The notes beneath the pieces were generated by a model, which saw only the letters and a program-made list of their open reading frames with translations, was not told the origin of the DNA and made no database searches. 64,000 nucleotides of DNA, from NCBI RefSeq assembly GCF_006345805.1, contig NC_043000.1:28954001-29018000 (forward strand). Direction: 5' to 3'. Source of the stretch: Octopus sinensis (lineage: Eukaryota). The translations under genes were made by a program, and so were the position numbers. This document shows, in pieces, positions 26,149 through 38,024 of the stretch. How positions within the stretch are numbered: the first letter of the stretch is position 1; each line of letters opens with the position of its first letter.

Positions 26149-27089
26149 CAACAGTGTTGAATGTTTTAGTATAAGTGGAAAGTGGAGAATAATACTGGAA
26201 ACTGCTGATATCTATGGTTGTGGGAATGGTACGATTGAGAGTCTTTTGTTTTTATTGTTTTTAAGCTATCATAGATAAGCATTAGGTTTGTGGGTAGCAT
26301 GGTGATTGGATATGGTTCTCTCTGATTTGGAGAGATGGATTAATGGATTATTGATATTAAACCATCGTACCTTCTAAATTTGTGACATGCATCGAAAGAC
26401 AAAGGCACAGGGTGCTGTACTGTCGATCAGAACGGGCGATGCACTGTATTCCTGGGATGAACCAGGATTCCGTTCAGAGGGGATGTTGTAATCTCGTGAT
26501 CCCGGTCACTTGTATTCCATGAACACGGTTAACCGAACCTAATGCGTCTTAGGACTAAAGACATTAATGCCCAAGGGGTTGATGAGGACGTCGACGACAA
26601 GATGATGATGATGATGACTGGAAGGTAATGGGTGTGTATGATGCTACTTCAATTAGGATTTTCTCCGACTGTCATCTTTTGTATTGCAGTAATTTTTCCA
26701 GTTTTCTAGATTCTGGGAATCCGACAGTATTGCTACGAACAGATGTAGACGTCGGTGAATGCAATGATTCTTTTGAGTCCTAGCCGTGTTATATGTGTGT
26801 TTGTGATTCTGTTTAGCTCTGAGGGGTTTTTTTTTTCGGTTTTTAGAATTTCCTCTATTGTTTTTCAGTGCGCCAAATGGAAGGAAGGGGTTAAATCGCG
26901 TTCGGTGCGGAAGGCATGTATGTACCTTTCATTTCCTGTTCCTGCCTTGTTATTTTATTTTTATATTTTGTTTTTTACTCGAATCCTAGAACTCATACGG
27001 CCAGTTAAACGATTTCCAATGTGTATAAATGTCCGCAGTTACACAATCCCACTCAATGGGACGCTGGTCCGCAGCAGGGTTCAAGACCG

Positions 27090-27262
27090 GAGGTTTTAGG
27101 GGGCTGGGGCAAGTCGATTTCATCAACCTTGCCAGACACTTTATTTTATCGACCTTCAAGGGATGAAAAGCATAGTTAATCTCAGCGGAATTTGAACTCC
27201 TAATAAAAAGAGCCGGATGAAATGTTGCAAACCATTTTGTCCGATACTGCTAGCTCACCACC
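27090..27262 (-). mobile_element. SINE family B, diverged
   Basis: Retains ggatgaaa...ctcagcggaatttgaactc...gctagctcaccacc. Confidence 0.7.
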
Positions 27263-27405
27263 TTGTTTCTGTCTTGTATGAGTCGTTTATTATGACATGA
27301 TTTTCGAGAACTATGCAAGGGACCGTTTGTTTGGCGCTATGATATTTGAAGTTGCTGTTGTGAAATGTCATTGATCTTGTTGTTTTTGTTGTTGTTGCCG
27401 GTTGG

Positions 27406-27782
27406 GTACTCCGTCGGTTACGACGACGAGTGTTCCAACTGATACGATCAACGGAACAGCCTGCTCGTGAAATTAACATCCAAGGGGCTGCGCTCTCCAC
27501 AGACACGCGCAGCCTCAATGTAGTCCTCAGGGGGATTCAATATGACACACCAAATGTGACACTGCTGTCCCTTTTTAAATTACAGGTACAACTCATTACC
27601 GAATGTGGCACGGCTGGCCCTTTGTAATTACAGATACAACTCACAACTCATTTTTGCCTGTTGAGTGGATTGGAACCACGTGAAACAAAGTGTCTTGTCC
27701 AAGGACACAACGCAACACAAGGAATCGAACACACGACTTTTATGGTCGTAAGCGGAATGCCCCTAATCACTAAGCCACGCGC
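27406..27782 (-). mobile_element. SINE sharing the family C tail but with a different head/body
   Basis: Tail actccgtcggttacgacgacgag...gatcaacggaacagcctgctcgtgaaattaac is shared with 60823. The 5' part (ccacgtgaaacaaagtgtcttgtccaaggacacaac) differs. Confidence 0.75.
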
Positions 27783-28339
27783 TGCTAATTACAGCATATT
27801 GTGTTTTACTGTTATATTTTCTGGTTTACACACGATACAAATGTTTGCCAATTTTCTGCTTATCAATGGTATATTTGTTTATTTGTTTACCTGTTCTTTT
27901 TTTTGTTTTGTTTTTTTATTTATTGCCAATTTCCTTGTGTCGTGGTTAAATGTTGAGTTTTAGTTTTGCTGAGCGTTCTGTGAATGTAATGTTTGAGGTT
28001 GTCTGTTTTTTTAGTTTTTTTTTTGTTTCTTGAGATTGGAGTGTAGTTGACAGTGCACACACAGCGGCGGCGGCGGCGGCGGCGGCAGTGGTGAGTGTGG
28101 TTATGTTAACGGTGGCGGTGACGGCAGCAGCGATGGTGGTGATGATAGTGCTGGTGGTAGTGGTGTGGGTGGGTGTGGGTGAATGGATGTTGGTTTTGGA
28201 AGAAAAAAGATTCTGTGACTTAAACTGCGATAGCTTCTTTATTCGTTTCAAATCATGTAAACAGAATTACACAGAAACGAACTTTTTAATAGAGACTACA
28301 CACAAAAAGACGCGCGTGCGCCCAAACACGCGCAAAGAA

Positions 28340-28372
28340 AAACCCCAAAAAGACACAGACGTATGCAAATAT

Positions 28373-28408
<36 letters not shown>

Positions 28409-29137
28409 ACACATATGTATATATATATATATATATTAATATATATATATATATATATTACGGAGATGTACCTGCATAGCAAGTGATTTGATCTGAGATC
28501 GTGTGCTGAAACGAAAACAATGGCTTACAAACACCTTGCACGCTGCAATTATATATATATATATATATATATATACAATATATACATGCATGTATATGCA
28601 GGTATGCAAGTGTATATACATGCATAATATGTTATCAAGAGCATATGCAGATATATATATAATATACATATAAGCATGTGTATACAAATGCATGCATACA
28701 TACAGACGTATGCAAAAATATAAAAACATGCAAATATATGTGTGTATACACATATATATGTGTGTATGTATATATATATATATATATACACATATATATA
28801 TATATATATACAGATATATACATGTATGTATATATACATATGTATATATATATTATATATATATATGTATGTATATACATATATATATATACACACATAT
28901 ATATATATACATACAAATATATATATATACATGCATGTATATGCAGGTATGCAAGTGTATATACATGCATAATATGTTATCAAGAGAATATGCAGGTATA
29001 TATATATATATACATATAAGCATGTGTATACAAATGCATGCATACATACAGACGTATGCAAAAAATAAAAAACATGCAAATATAGGTGTGTGTGTGTGTG
29101 TATACACACATATATGTGTGTATGGTTATATATATAT

Positions 29138-29192
<55 letters not shown>

Positions 29193-29520
29193 ATATATAA
29201 TATATATATATAATATATATATATACAGATATATACATGTATGTATATATACATATGTATATATATATTTATATATATATATGTATGTATATACATATAT
29301 ATATATATACACATATATATATGCATACAAATATATATATATATGCATGTATATGCAGGTATGCAAGGGAAATATATATGCATAATATGTTATCAAGAGA
29401 ATATGCAGGTATATATGTATATACATATAAGCATGTGTATACAAATGCATACATACATACGCACATACATACACATGCACATACACACATGCATACATAC
29501 ATACATACAATATGATATAT
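28340..29520. repeat. Higher-order tandem repeat built from TA/CA microsatellites (~350-410-bp units)
   Basis: gcataatatgttatcaagag recurs at ~28622, ~28967 and ~29380. Confidence 0.8.
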
Positions 29521-30164
29521 ATGTAATGCGGCGGCGGCGCTAAAGAAATTAGCTTTCTATACACCGAGCAGACAAACAGCCTGGCGAAGCAGAGCGGCGC
29601 GTGCTTTGAGATAATCAGGGCATTAGTGCGTTCCAGTGCGTCGAGAAGGGTGACAATTAAGAGGACTTGCTCAAACAACTGTCTACCTGCACTTCGTATG
29701 GTGTCTAGGTGGACACCGGGAAGAGGAGCAGCAGAAGAAGAAGAAGAAAAAAATAACTGCGTTTTTGCAAAATGCATGTGTGTTTAAGTGCATGTCTATG
29801 TGGTTATTTGCTTTCCCTTTATTTGTAAAATGTCTTGTTGTTGTTGGTGCTGTTGCTGTTGTTAGTGGTGGTGGTGGTGGTAGTGGTGGTTGTGGTAGTG
29901 GTGGTGGTGGTGTGGGGGGGTTACTGTTGTCGCTGTTGTTGTTGCCGTTGTTGTTGTTGTTGTTTTTGTATAACGTTCTTCAAACTTTTATTGTTCAAAC
30001 TGCTTTCTAAATATATGCGTGTTTTGCGTTTATGAATTAGTTCATGTGTATAAATGGAATTGTATAGATATGTGTATGTATATATATATAAGTATATGTG
30101 TGTGTGCGTGTGTGTTTGTGTATGCATGTATGTATGTATGTATGTATATATATATATATATATA

Positions 30165-30350
30165 TGGGGAGAATTGACGAAAAAAAACAAAAGATGAAGA
30201 CAGGTGATGTCGAAAAGAAACAGATGTATTAGTATAACACTCGGGAATTGAAAAAGTCTTTAACGTTTCGAACCTACGCTCTTCCACAGAAAGGAACTCA
30301 CAAAGAAACAAGGGGACAAACAAGGAGAGAAAAAATGTGTGTAGTGGCTA
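30165..30350 (-). mobile_element. Penelope-like terminal-repeat family H copy with a hammerhead-like motif at 30258-30293
   Basis: Minus strand: cttt CTGTGGA a gagc-gtag-gttc GAAA CG TT aaag. Confidence 0.5.
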
Positions 30351-30547
30351 CCGATCTATCATATACATACAGATATATGTATGTATATATATAAGGTATT
30401 GGTATCTTACATATGTACCATTCTGCCTAAAAATGGATCTACAAATTCAATATCCCTACATATCTTACATCTATATTCTTTCCTCCACCTCACTCGCTAT
30501 TTTGTATCCTATCTAAATTAATTATTACTTAACCATCCTCTCACACC

Positions 30548-30595
30548 GTCTCCGATGAAGGGATATAATAAACATCCTGGAAACAGCTGTAAGAC
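30548..30595 (+). ncRNA. type I hammerhead variant (U4C core)
   Basis: gtct CCGATGA a-gggat...atcct-g GAAA C-AGCT-G TA agac; same stem I and helix III as 47592-47669. Confidence 0.65.
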
Positions 30596-30671
30596 ATTCT
30601 ATCTATAAATGTTCTAATATCGAATCAGTCTTGGCTTTTTATCTCATTAGGCAAAAAAAATTTTATATATG

Positions 30672-30712
<41 letters not shown>

Positions 30713-31034
30713 TGTGTGTGTGGTGTGTGTGTGTGTGTGTGTGTACACATATATGTTATATATGAAAGAGAAATATGTGTGTGTGTTTGTGTATGTGTAC
30801 ACATATATATGTCATATATTCATATATCAAAAGAGATTATCAGAGTGTAAGTGTATTTGTGACATGCGTGTTTTATATAATGACGCGTGTATGAGTTGTA
30901 AGTTGTATAACTTTGTGTTTGAGGGTATTTGGTTGTTTTTATTTTCGTGCGTGTCACGCGCACACATACCTATATATACACACATACGTACATACATACA
31001 TACATACATACATACATACATACATACATACATG

Positions 31035-31079
<45 letters not shown>

Positions 31080-31158
31080 GTTAGTATGTATGTATGTATA
31101 TACATATACATACATATATATATATATATGTATATGTGTGTATATATATATATTATAT

Positions 31159-31213
<55 letters not shown>

Positions 31214-32459
31214 TATATATTTGCATTATTTACATTTGATGGAGATTTTTCCTCATCTTATTTGTTGTTAACACAACTTTTCGGCTGATATACCCTCCAG
31301 CCTTCATTAGGTGTCTTGGCGAAATTTCGAACCTGGGGTCTCATTCCTAAGGTATTTTTCGATACTATTATTATTATGGCGTAGTGGTTAAGAGCGCAGG
31401 CAACTAACCCCAAGACATGCGTGCTAATTTGTGGATGTGCATAAAGTACATTCACGGACACAAACACATCTTGCCTTTTATAGATATAGATATTAATCAC
31501 TGGTTCTTGAATATTTTATCGATCTCAGAAGAGTCTCGACACGATTTGAACTCAGAACGTAAAATTCAATAATATACTGTATAAAATATCGAACCGTTTA
31601 ACCCTAATGTCATGCATAAAATATCATAAAGTATAACAGTTATGTAGACTATATTGTTTGTTTCACTTTAACAAACAGGAGGATGTTTCTTTGGCTTCTC
31701 AGGAAAGTTCTGCCAGCCACACACTTTTTCGACGCACTACCGATTCTGCTATCACCATGTGACAATAATAGCGATATCTAGTGACGTATGAGGAAACCAC
31801 TGGTTCTGCATTGCTATCAATCCTTCACTTATTTTCAAGCCGAAGCTGATCAGTCCCAGGTGGGTATACGTTTTGACATAATCAGTTCCAAGAAAACTCA
31901 ATCTTCTTTTTCACGTTTTATATAATTTTATTTCTAACCAAGTTCGTACATATCGATTTTTATTGCTATTTTTATTGCTGTGTTGCTATCTGTAATGTCT
32001 TTTTTTTTTTTTTTTGTTTTCTTACGAAATCAACATATCTTTCTGCACTTTCGGAGCCTCATTATATATTAAGCTTTTTTATTCGGTTTCAAAAGTTTTG
32101 CCATTTTTATTGCTGTTTAGCCTCAAGTCAAACCTGATGGATCAAAGTCATATCATTATTATTATTATTATTGTTGTTATTATTATTATTAATATTATTA
32201 TTACTGCGTGAGAAGGCAATGCATGCCATCAAATTGACACTGGAGTACAAATATATAAAGCCCAATATACCCAACATGACTATCCGTCTGATAAGGTTAC
32301 ACCAGGTACATGCATCACAGCCATGTGTGCGCGACATGGTGATCTCATATCAAGATAAACAACGCTTGACCTTTCAGTTCTCTTTACCTACTACTACCAA
32401 ATCAGACCTTCTAGTTTCTATTACTCTGTCAGTTTGAATGTTAAGGTACCACACCATCT

Positions 32460-33075
32460 TGTATTTCTAACTTTCTAGTACTTTACTAGGTCCATGTTTA
32501 TACCATTTATCAGTATGTTCAAATCCTAGCTTTCTACATAACTCCCAGTGGATTACTCTCCCTAGGTTGTCATGTATTTTCTTGTATTCTTTCTGTGCCA
32601 TCATACCACATTCACTTACTATATGAGTAACACTTTCCTCTTTTGCTTTGCATAAACTACATTGGGAATCTAGGTTTTTGTCTATCTTGACTTTTATCCA
32701 ATTGTTCCTTAATACTTGATCTTCTGCAGCTACGAACAAACTTTCTGTCTCCTCTTTCAGCTTTCCTTTTTGCAACCATAGCCTTGTCTAACTACAATTA
32801 TTTGCTGCAACCATCTTTGGGAATCTACCATGCAACGCCTTCTCCTGCCAGTCACATAATTTCTGCTCTCTTTTTCTGGTTCTTAACTTCACTTGGGTTT
32901 TTGTTTTCCCTGTATCTTGCTGTGTGACTCTAGCAGTTTTTAATAAACTTTCTTCATTATTACCTACATAGGAATCTATATCTACTCTAGATAACTCCAC
33001 GCAGTCTTCTACAGATATTAACACCCTTCCACCTTCCTTTCTATGTAGGTATAATCTTGCTGCTCTTTCTATTGC
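32460..33075 (-). pseudogene. R4/Dong-clade LINE fragment (RT C-terminus and zinc knuckle)
   Basis: RLYLHRKEGGRVLISVED...WQEKALHGRF...ETESLFVAAEDQVLR...CSLCKAKEESVTHIVSEC...KEYKKIHDNLGRVIHWELC. Abuts (TAT)n. Confidence 0.85.
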
Positions 33076-33156
<81 letters not shown>

Positions 33157-33200
33157 CATTATTATTATTATTATTTATTATTATATTATTATTATTATTA

Positions 33201-33230
<30 letters not shown>

Positions 33231-33231
<1 letters not shown>

Positions 33232-33595
33232 GAGAGAGCAGTGCATGCCATCAAAGTGACACTGGGGTAAAATATACGAAGCCCAGTATAACTATCATGA
33301 CTACCTGTCTGATAAGGGTACACTAGGTACATGCATCACAACCATATGTGCACGACATGGTGATCTCATATCAAGATAAACAGCGCATGACCTTACAGGT
33401 GGGGCCCAGTTAGAATTTTCTTCAGGTCGAGTAGCCCATCCCGCTCAAAAGATCCCTGAATAAGGGTTGTTAAATGATGTTGAACGAAACACCCGTGTTC
33501 CCAGAGGTGAATTATTGAAACCCCAAAGAATTCCCCTTAACACATGGCTATGACGCTCCCCCAATACTTCTGCTTGTGATCAGAAATGCACATAT
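33231..33595 (+). mobile_element. Dispersed repeat inserted in (TAT)n (family E); partial copy at 32205-32365
   Basis: gagagcagtgcatgccatcaaagtgacactggggta... is repeated at 32205; both copies are flanked by (TAT)n. Confidence 0.75.
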
Positions 33596-33607
33596 TATTA
33601 TTATTAA

Positions 33608-33662
<55 letters not shown>

Positions 33663-33689
33663 TCTTTTTATCACAAGTCCTGCATACGT

Positions 33690-33830
33690 AGCGGGGTTGC
33701 TACCTGCAGCTTACAGTGCCATGTTATCCGTTCGTTTCGGCTATCTAATACTTTCTGGATTATTCTAGCCGTGCCAAGGAGGCAAACCTTTTGTAACTGT
33801 TCTACCGGGCGCTTTATTCCAATTTCATCG
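33690..33830 (-). pseudogene. R4/Dong-clade LINE extreme 3' end within (TAT)n
   Basis: IGIKRPVEQLQKVCLLGTARIIQKVL, the conserved C-terminal motif of this clade. Confidence 0.75.
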
Positions 33831-33833
33831 TCA

Positions 33834-33903
<70 letters not shown>

Positions 33904-34927
33904 TATTATTAGTATTAGTATTAGTATTATTATTATTATCATCATCATCATCATCATCATCATCGTTATCAAAGTTGTTACTGTTCATATTTTTGTTGGT
34001 GCTATTATTGTTATTCACGATATCGTTTCTGATGGTGTCGTTATTATCTCCACTCTGATGTAATACCATGTCAATTGTGTTTGGCGTTAATATTCTGGGT
34101 GTCACGATATGACGCTCTCAACTCAACTATTCTTTTATTCTTGTTCTTATTTTCTTCCTTTTTTTTCCTTTTTTTTTTGCTATTTTCTATTTTCTGATCG
34201 GGGATCTGACAAGAATGCTAAAACCCAAAAGCTATAAATGCATTCAGTTAAATTTCACTTAATTTCCTCAACTCTTAAGACGACTGTCTTTGAATATGAA
34301 ATTAAGACATAACAGTGTAATTAACTCAATACAGCTTCCTATTGAGTCAAAAGTTATTTAAAATAAATGACAAAAATTACAAGAAATATTTAATATATTT
34401 CAATAAGTTTATTTAAGGTCAGTGTTTTGTTATCTCTTCTTTAATCAATTGTAGTTTTGACAATATATTTCATCGTTTATTTTCGATAATTTCAAGGATT
34501 TTTTCACCAAAACTATTTTGCTAGTTTTTTCTTTAGTTTTTGGATTTTTTTTTTTTGTTTTTTTGTTAAATTTGTATACTTTGTTCGTGCCGAATTATCA
34601 TATATTTTCATCTAATTATTGTGACTGTGAAAAAATGAAATACACGCCGTAATTTTTAATGGAAATAATCCAAACAAAAAATAACAAAAATATATCTATA
34701 TTTCTGGCAGTCACTGCTGAAATTCAATAATTTGATTTTTTTTCTTCTTTTCTTTTTAGTTGTTGTTTTAATGAGTAACACAACGATATATGTGAAACAT
34801 CACGCCACATTTAATATTCGTCAACAAATATGCAATTGTTTTGCTTGCGTTCATTAATTTATATTTCAGGAGCGAGCGATGGGAAGTTAAGGTAAGCTGA
34901 TGGCAAATTAATATTGTAATCAGGTTT

Positions 34928-35435
34928 CTATTCCGTGTTGAAGATGTTTCTTCCGATTTCATACTTAATGTCCTCGAGAAAAGCATCAACATCGTCTTTC
35001 TTAACTTTTATTAAATCTGAAGTATTATACGTATGTAAAAAAATCAATATGTATATATGTATACGTGATATGGTTTATACGAATTTATCTATGTTACGTG
35101 TACAAAGAGTGTGTTTTGTGGTTTTTAACCAATATTTAAACATGTGGTGTGCCTTGACATACCACATGTTTAAATTTTAAAAAACCCCCAAAAACTAACG
35201 AAAAGGGAGATGATTGCTTTTAGGTCAATCATGGCGGAAGCAGGAGCTTGAATTTTAAATCGAAGCGTAAAGCAGACGTTTATCGCTTCTTCTTCAGAAA
35301 GATCCTTTTTTAAATTTCTAGTCATAGGAAACCTCTTGTCTGCTTCTTTCTCTTTACTCTGTAGGCCTTCTTCGGACAGTCTGGTGCAGATATAAGGAGT
35401 CCAACACTTCAAAGTCACTGTCAAAAGTTTTCTTG
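34928..35435 (-). CDS. Two candidate exons (35435-35200, 35016-34928) encoding a death-effector-domain-like peptide; one-base phase conflict
   Basis: Acceptors ttatcatttgtcag and taatacttcag; donor ttc|gttagt. Peptide ...RNLKKDLSEEEAINVCFTL...PASAMIDLKAIISLF / DLIKVKKDDVDAFLEDIKYEIGRNIFNTE*. DED similarity judged by eye only. Confidence 0.4.
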
Positions 35436-35470
35436 CTGACAAATGATAAATATATATACTTTTATACTAT

Positions 35471-35517
<47 letters not shown>

Positions 35518-35834
35518 TATATATATACATATACATATATATATACATATACATATATATATACATATACATAGATATATATATACATATATATACGCAC
35601 ATACATATATATATATATTCTTTTCGTTTTTATTGAAAAGGTTGCAAGACGCAACGAAGATTTTAGGAAAATAAAAATAAGAAATAAGTGGAAATTTTAG
35701 CGGTGAGTGTGTTAACTTATAAGGCACAAAAAGACAATGACTTTCCCCAGACACAACAGTATATATATTCTCCTGGTGAAAAAAATATATAGTGGTAGAG
35801 GATTAAGTCAGGAGTCTGCCGCAGTCGTTCCAGT

Positions 35835-35883
35835 CCTTACAGATGAGGCAACGGAAATTGCCGAAACTGACGTCAGTATAAGG
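35835..35883 (+). ncRNA. Decayed type I hammerhead motif
   Basis: CAGATGA ggcaa-cggaaa-ttgcc GAAA CTGACG TC. Perfect 5-bp stem II; U4A core change; broken stem I. Confidence 0.4.
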
Positions 35884-36073
35884 AATTCTCGATCAGTGTT
35901 TTCGGACGATTATATTCTCTATCAGTATATATGTATACAATTATCTGCTTTGACAACAGCATTGGAACATTTAGCCCTTATTTCTAGCAATGTGGATGTT
36001 TTTAATACCTTAGTCATATTTAGTCACAATTATGGTTTTCCTTTTTGGCAATCATTGCATACTGCTGTCTATA

Positions 36074-36392
36074 TAGCCTTGAGCTTACCGAAGCCTTGTA
36101 AGTGGACTCGTTAGTCGGAAACTGAAAGCCCATCGTGTGTGTGCGTGTGTTTGTGTGTGTGTGTGTGTGTGTTTGTGCGTGTGTGTGTTTATGTGAGTGT
36201 GCATGTCTGTATTTGTCCTCTCACCTACCATCGCTTGACAATCGACGCTGGTGAGTTTATGTCCCCGTAACTTATCGGTTCGGCAAAAAAAGGCCGTTAG
36301 AATCAGTTCTAGGGTCTATTTCTTCAACTAAAACCCCTTTAAGGCGGTGTTCCAGCATGGGCGCAGTCAAATCATTGAAACAATTAAAACAA
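36074..36392 (+). mobile_element. SINE family A, 5'-truncated and diverged
   Basis: Matches the family A body and tail. Confidence 0.75.
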
Positions 36393-36448
36393 GTGCAAAA
36401 GTATATATATATATATATATATATATAACACAACCAAACTTTTACATG

Positions 36449-36493
36449 TTACTTTTGACAATCTTTTTCTAAAAAGTGAAGCCGGTAAAGTAA
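36449..36493 (+). ncRNA. type I hammerhead-like motif with U3:A8 core covariation (family also at 929-1070)
   Basis: ttactt TTGACAA t-ctttt-tcta-aaaag-t GAAG CCGG TA aagtaa. The sister copy at 950-986 keeps GAAA CCGG TA aagtaa but has a core deletion. Confidence 0.5.
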
Positions 36494-36623
36494 ATAAACA
36501 TCTTTTAAAATTACATTTTCAAACCTTCTTTCATACATAATTCCACTCGTGCGGTACCTTACAACTCCACTTTGTTATATATATATAAATAATCAAAATA
36601 AGCAACAGGATATCAAGAAGTGA

Positions 36624-36709
36624 TGCAGTACGACCGTTTCAAGCGGCTCCATTTAATTGAACAATGCAATCATTACATCAATTTAAATGCAGGGCTATCA
36701 TCAGCTGCA
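36624..36709 (-). ncRNA. type I hammerhead ribozyme motif
   Basis: Minus strand: tgcag CTGATGA t-agc...gct-t GAAA CGGTCG TA ctgca. 5-bp stem I; stem II extended by catttaaattga/tcaattaaatg. Confidence 0.75.
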
Positions 36710-36754
36710 CAAATAAATAGAATTTTAATCAGTTGGATGCATTAATATAATTTC

Positions 36755-37290
36755 ACTCAAATACTTTAACAGAGCAATGTATAACCTCTTTATGCGACAT
36801 GACGTTGTCGCAAAAACAATATACAATGTCATTCGGAAATAAAAGACTGTCTGAAATAGAAATAGAGAATCCCTCTGTTATCATATATCTGCACAAATAC
36901 CAGCACAAAGAATACTGGTGGAACATTCCCACCAAAACATCTGTCAAATGTAAGCATAATAGGTCGGGTATTGTTGTTCGGGACAGACAAGAAAAAGTAT
37001 GTACCATCATCGAGGTCAGCTGTCCTGCTTATATGAATATCTCCTTGAAAATCAGAGAAGGAACATAACTATTGACAACTAAATCGAAACCTCCAGCTTT
37101 TATATCCGGATAGCAAATTTACATTTATACCAATGATAATTGGAACACTTGGTTTTGTAAGTAAATGCCTGTCGGTCTGGATAAGCTTTGATTTTCGGAA
37201 AAAGAAATCCACCAACTGACATTGCAAATGAAATCTGAAAGTTGAACAGTAAAACTATGCAAGACTTTTCTCATTATTTTCGTTATCTAG
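36755..37290 (+). pseudogene. R4/Dong-like LINE 3' fragment (restriction-like endonuclease)
   Basis: KEYWWNIPTKTSVKCKHNRSGIVVRDRQEKVCTIIEVSCP... matches the RPD...E..C RLE motif also at 41.5 and 50.6 kb. Confidence 0.8.
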
Positions 37291-37650
37291 CTTCAAAAAA
37301 TGCAGCTTTGTATCTTTGTATCTTCTTCAAAGGAAGAATTTAAACGATTAAAGACAGAAAAGACATATACATAATATATACAGACAGACAGACAGACAGC
37401 AGACAGGCAGACAGGCAGACATACATACATACATACATTCGAAGCGACAAGTTGCGTATTTGGCGTGGAAGACTATTTACCGAAAACGCGATGGATACTA
37501 TCTCCAACTTTGGAGCCACAACTATCAGCCTTGTTAAATAACTGGTTAATCCTGAGATTAATTAACTGGGGGAGCCTTTTATTCATGATCGTAGTCATTT
37601 TCGACTGAGACTTGAATTAATTTAGCATGCAGAGAGTTACTACAAACAAC

Positions 37651-37707
37651 ATGGCTGGACAAATCAACGACACAATCGAGGAACAGAATGAAAACAACAG
37701 TCAACAG
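37651..37707 (+). other. Candidate first coding exon (MAGQINDTIEEQNENNSQQ)
   Basis: Good ATG context caacATGG and donor CAG|GTAAAC in non-repetitive DNA. Confidence 0.25.
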
Positions 37708-38024
37708 GTAAACAAATTATTTCTAGCTGTAGTTACAGAAGAAACCGAAACTACGAAATATTTTTTCTTGGGGTTATAAATTGAATAATGATCTCTTTAA
37801 CTGCTTCAAAAAAGCGAAACGAACCCCCGCTGTCGGCTATATGAATCGATTGAAATCATTTTGGAACAATCTGCATCCAGAATTAAATCACTTTACTGCG
37901 AGGCAACTACGCCAACAAGCAACATTTGTATAATATAAGTAGAAGGTTAGTAACTGTAACTTTATCAAGAAATCGAAAATTAACCTTCTTCCCAACTCTA
38001 TAAACAAAAATGAAAACATAAATG

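Noticed and set aside
26370-26560. GC-richer unique segment
   Set aside because: All frames close within about 45 codons; no supportable call.
31679-31859. Plus-strand exon with an EGF-like GCFFGFSGKFC motif
   Set aside because: Good splice sites, but all three frames contain stops.
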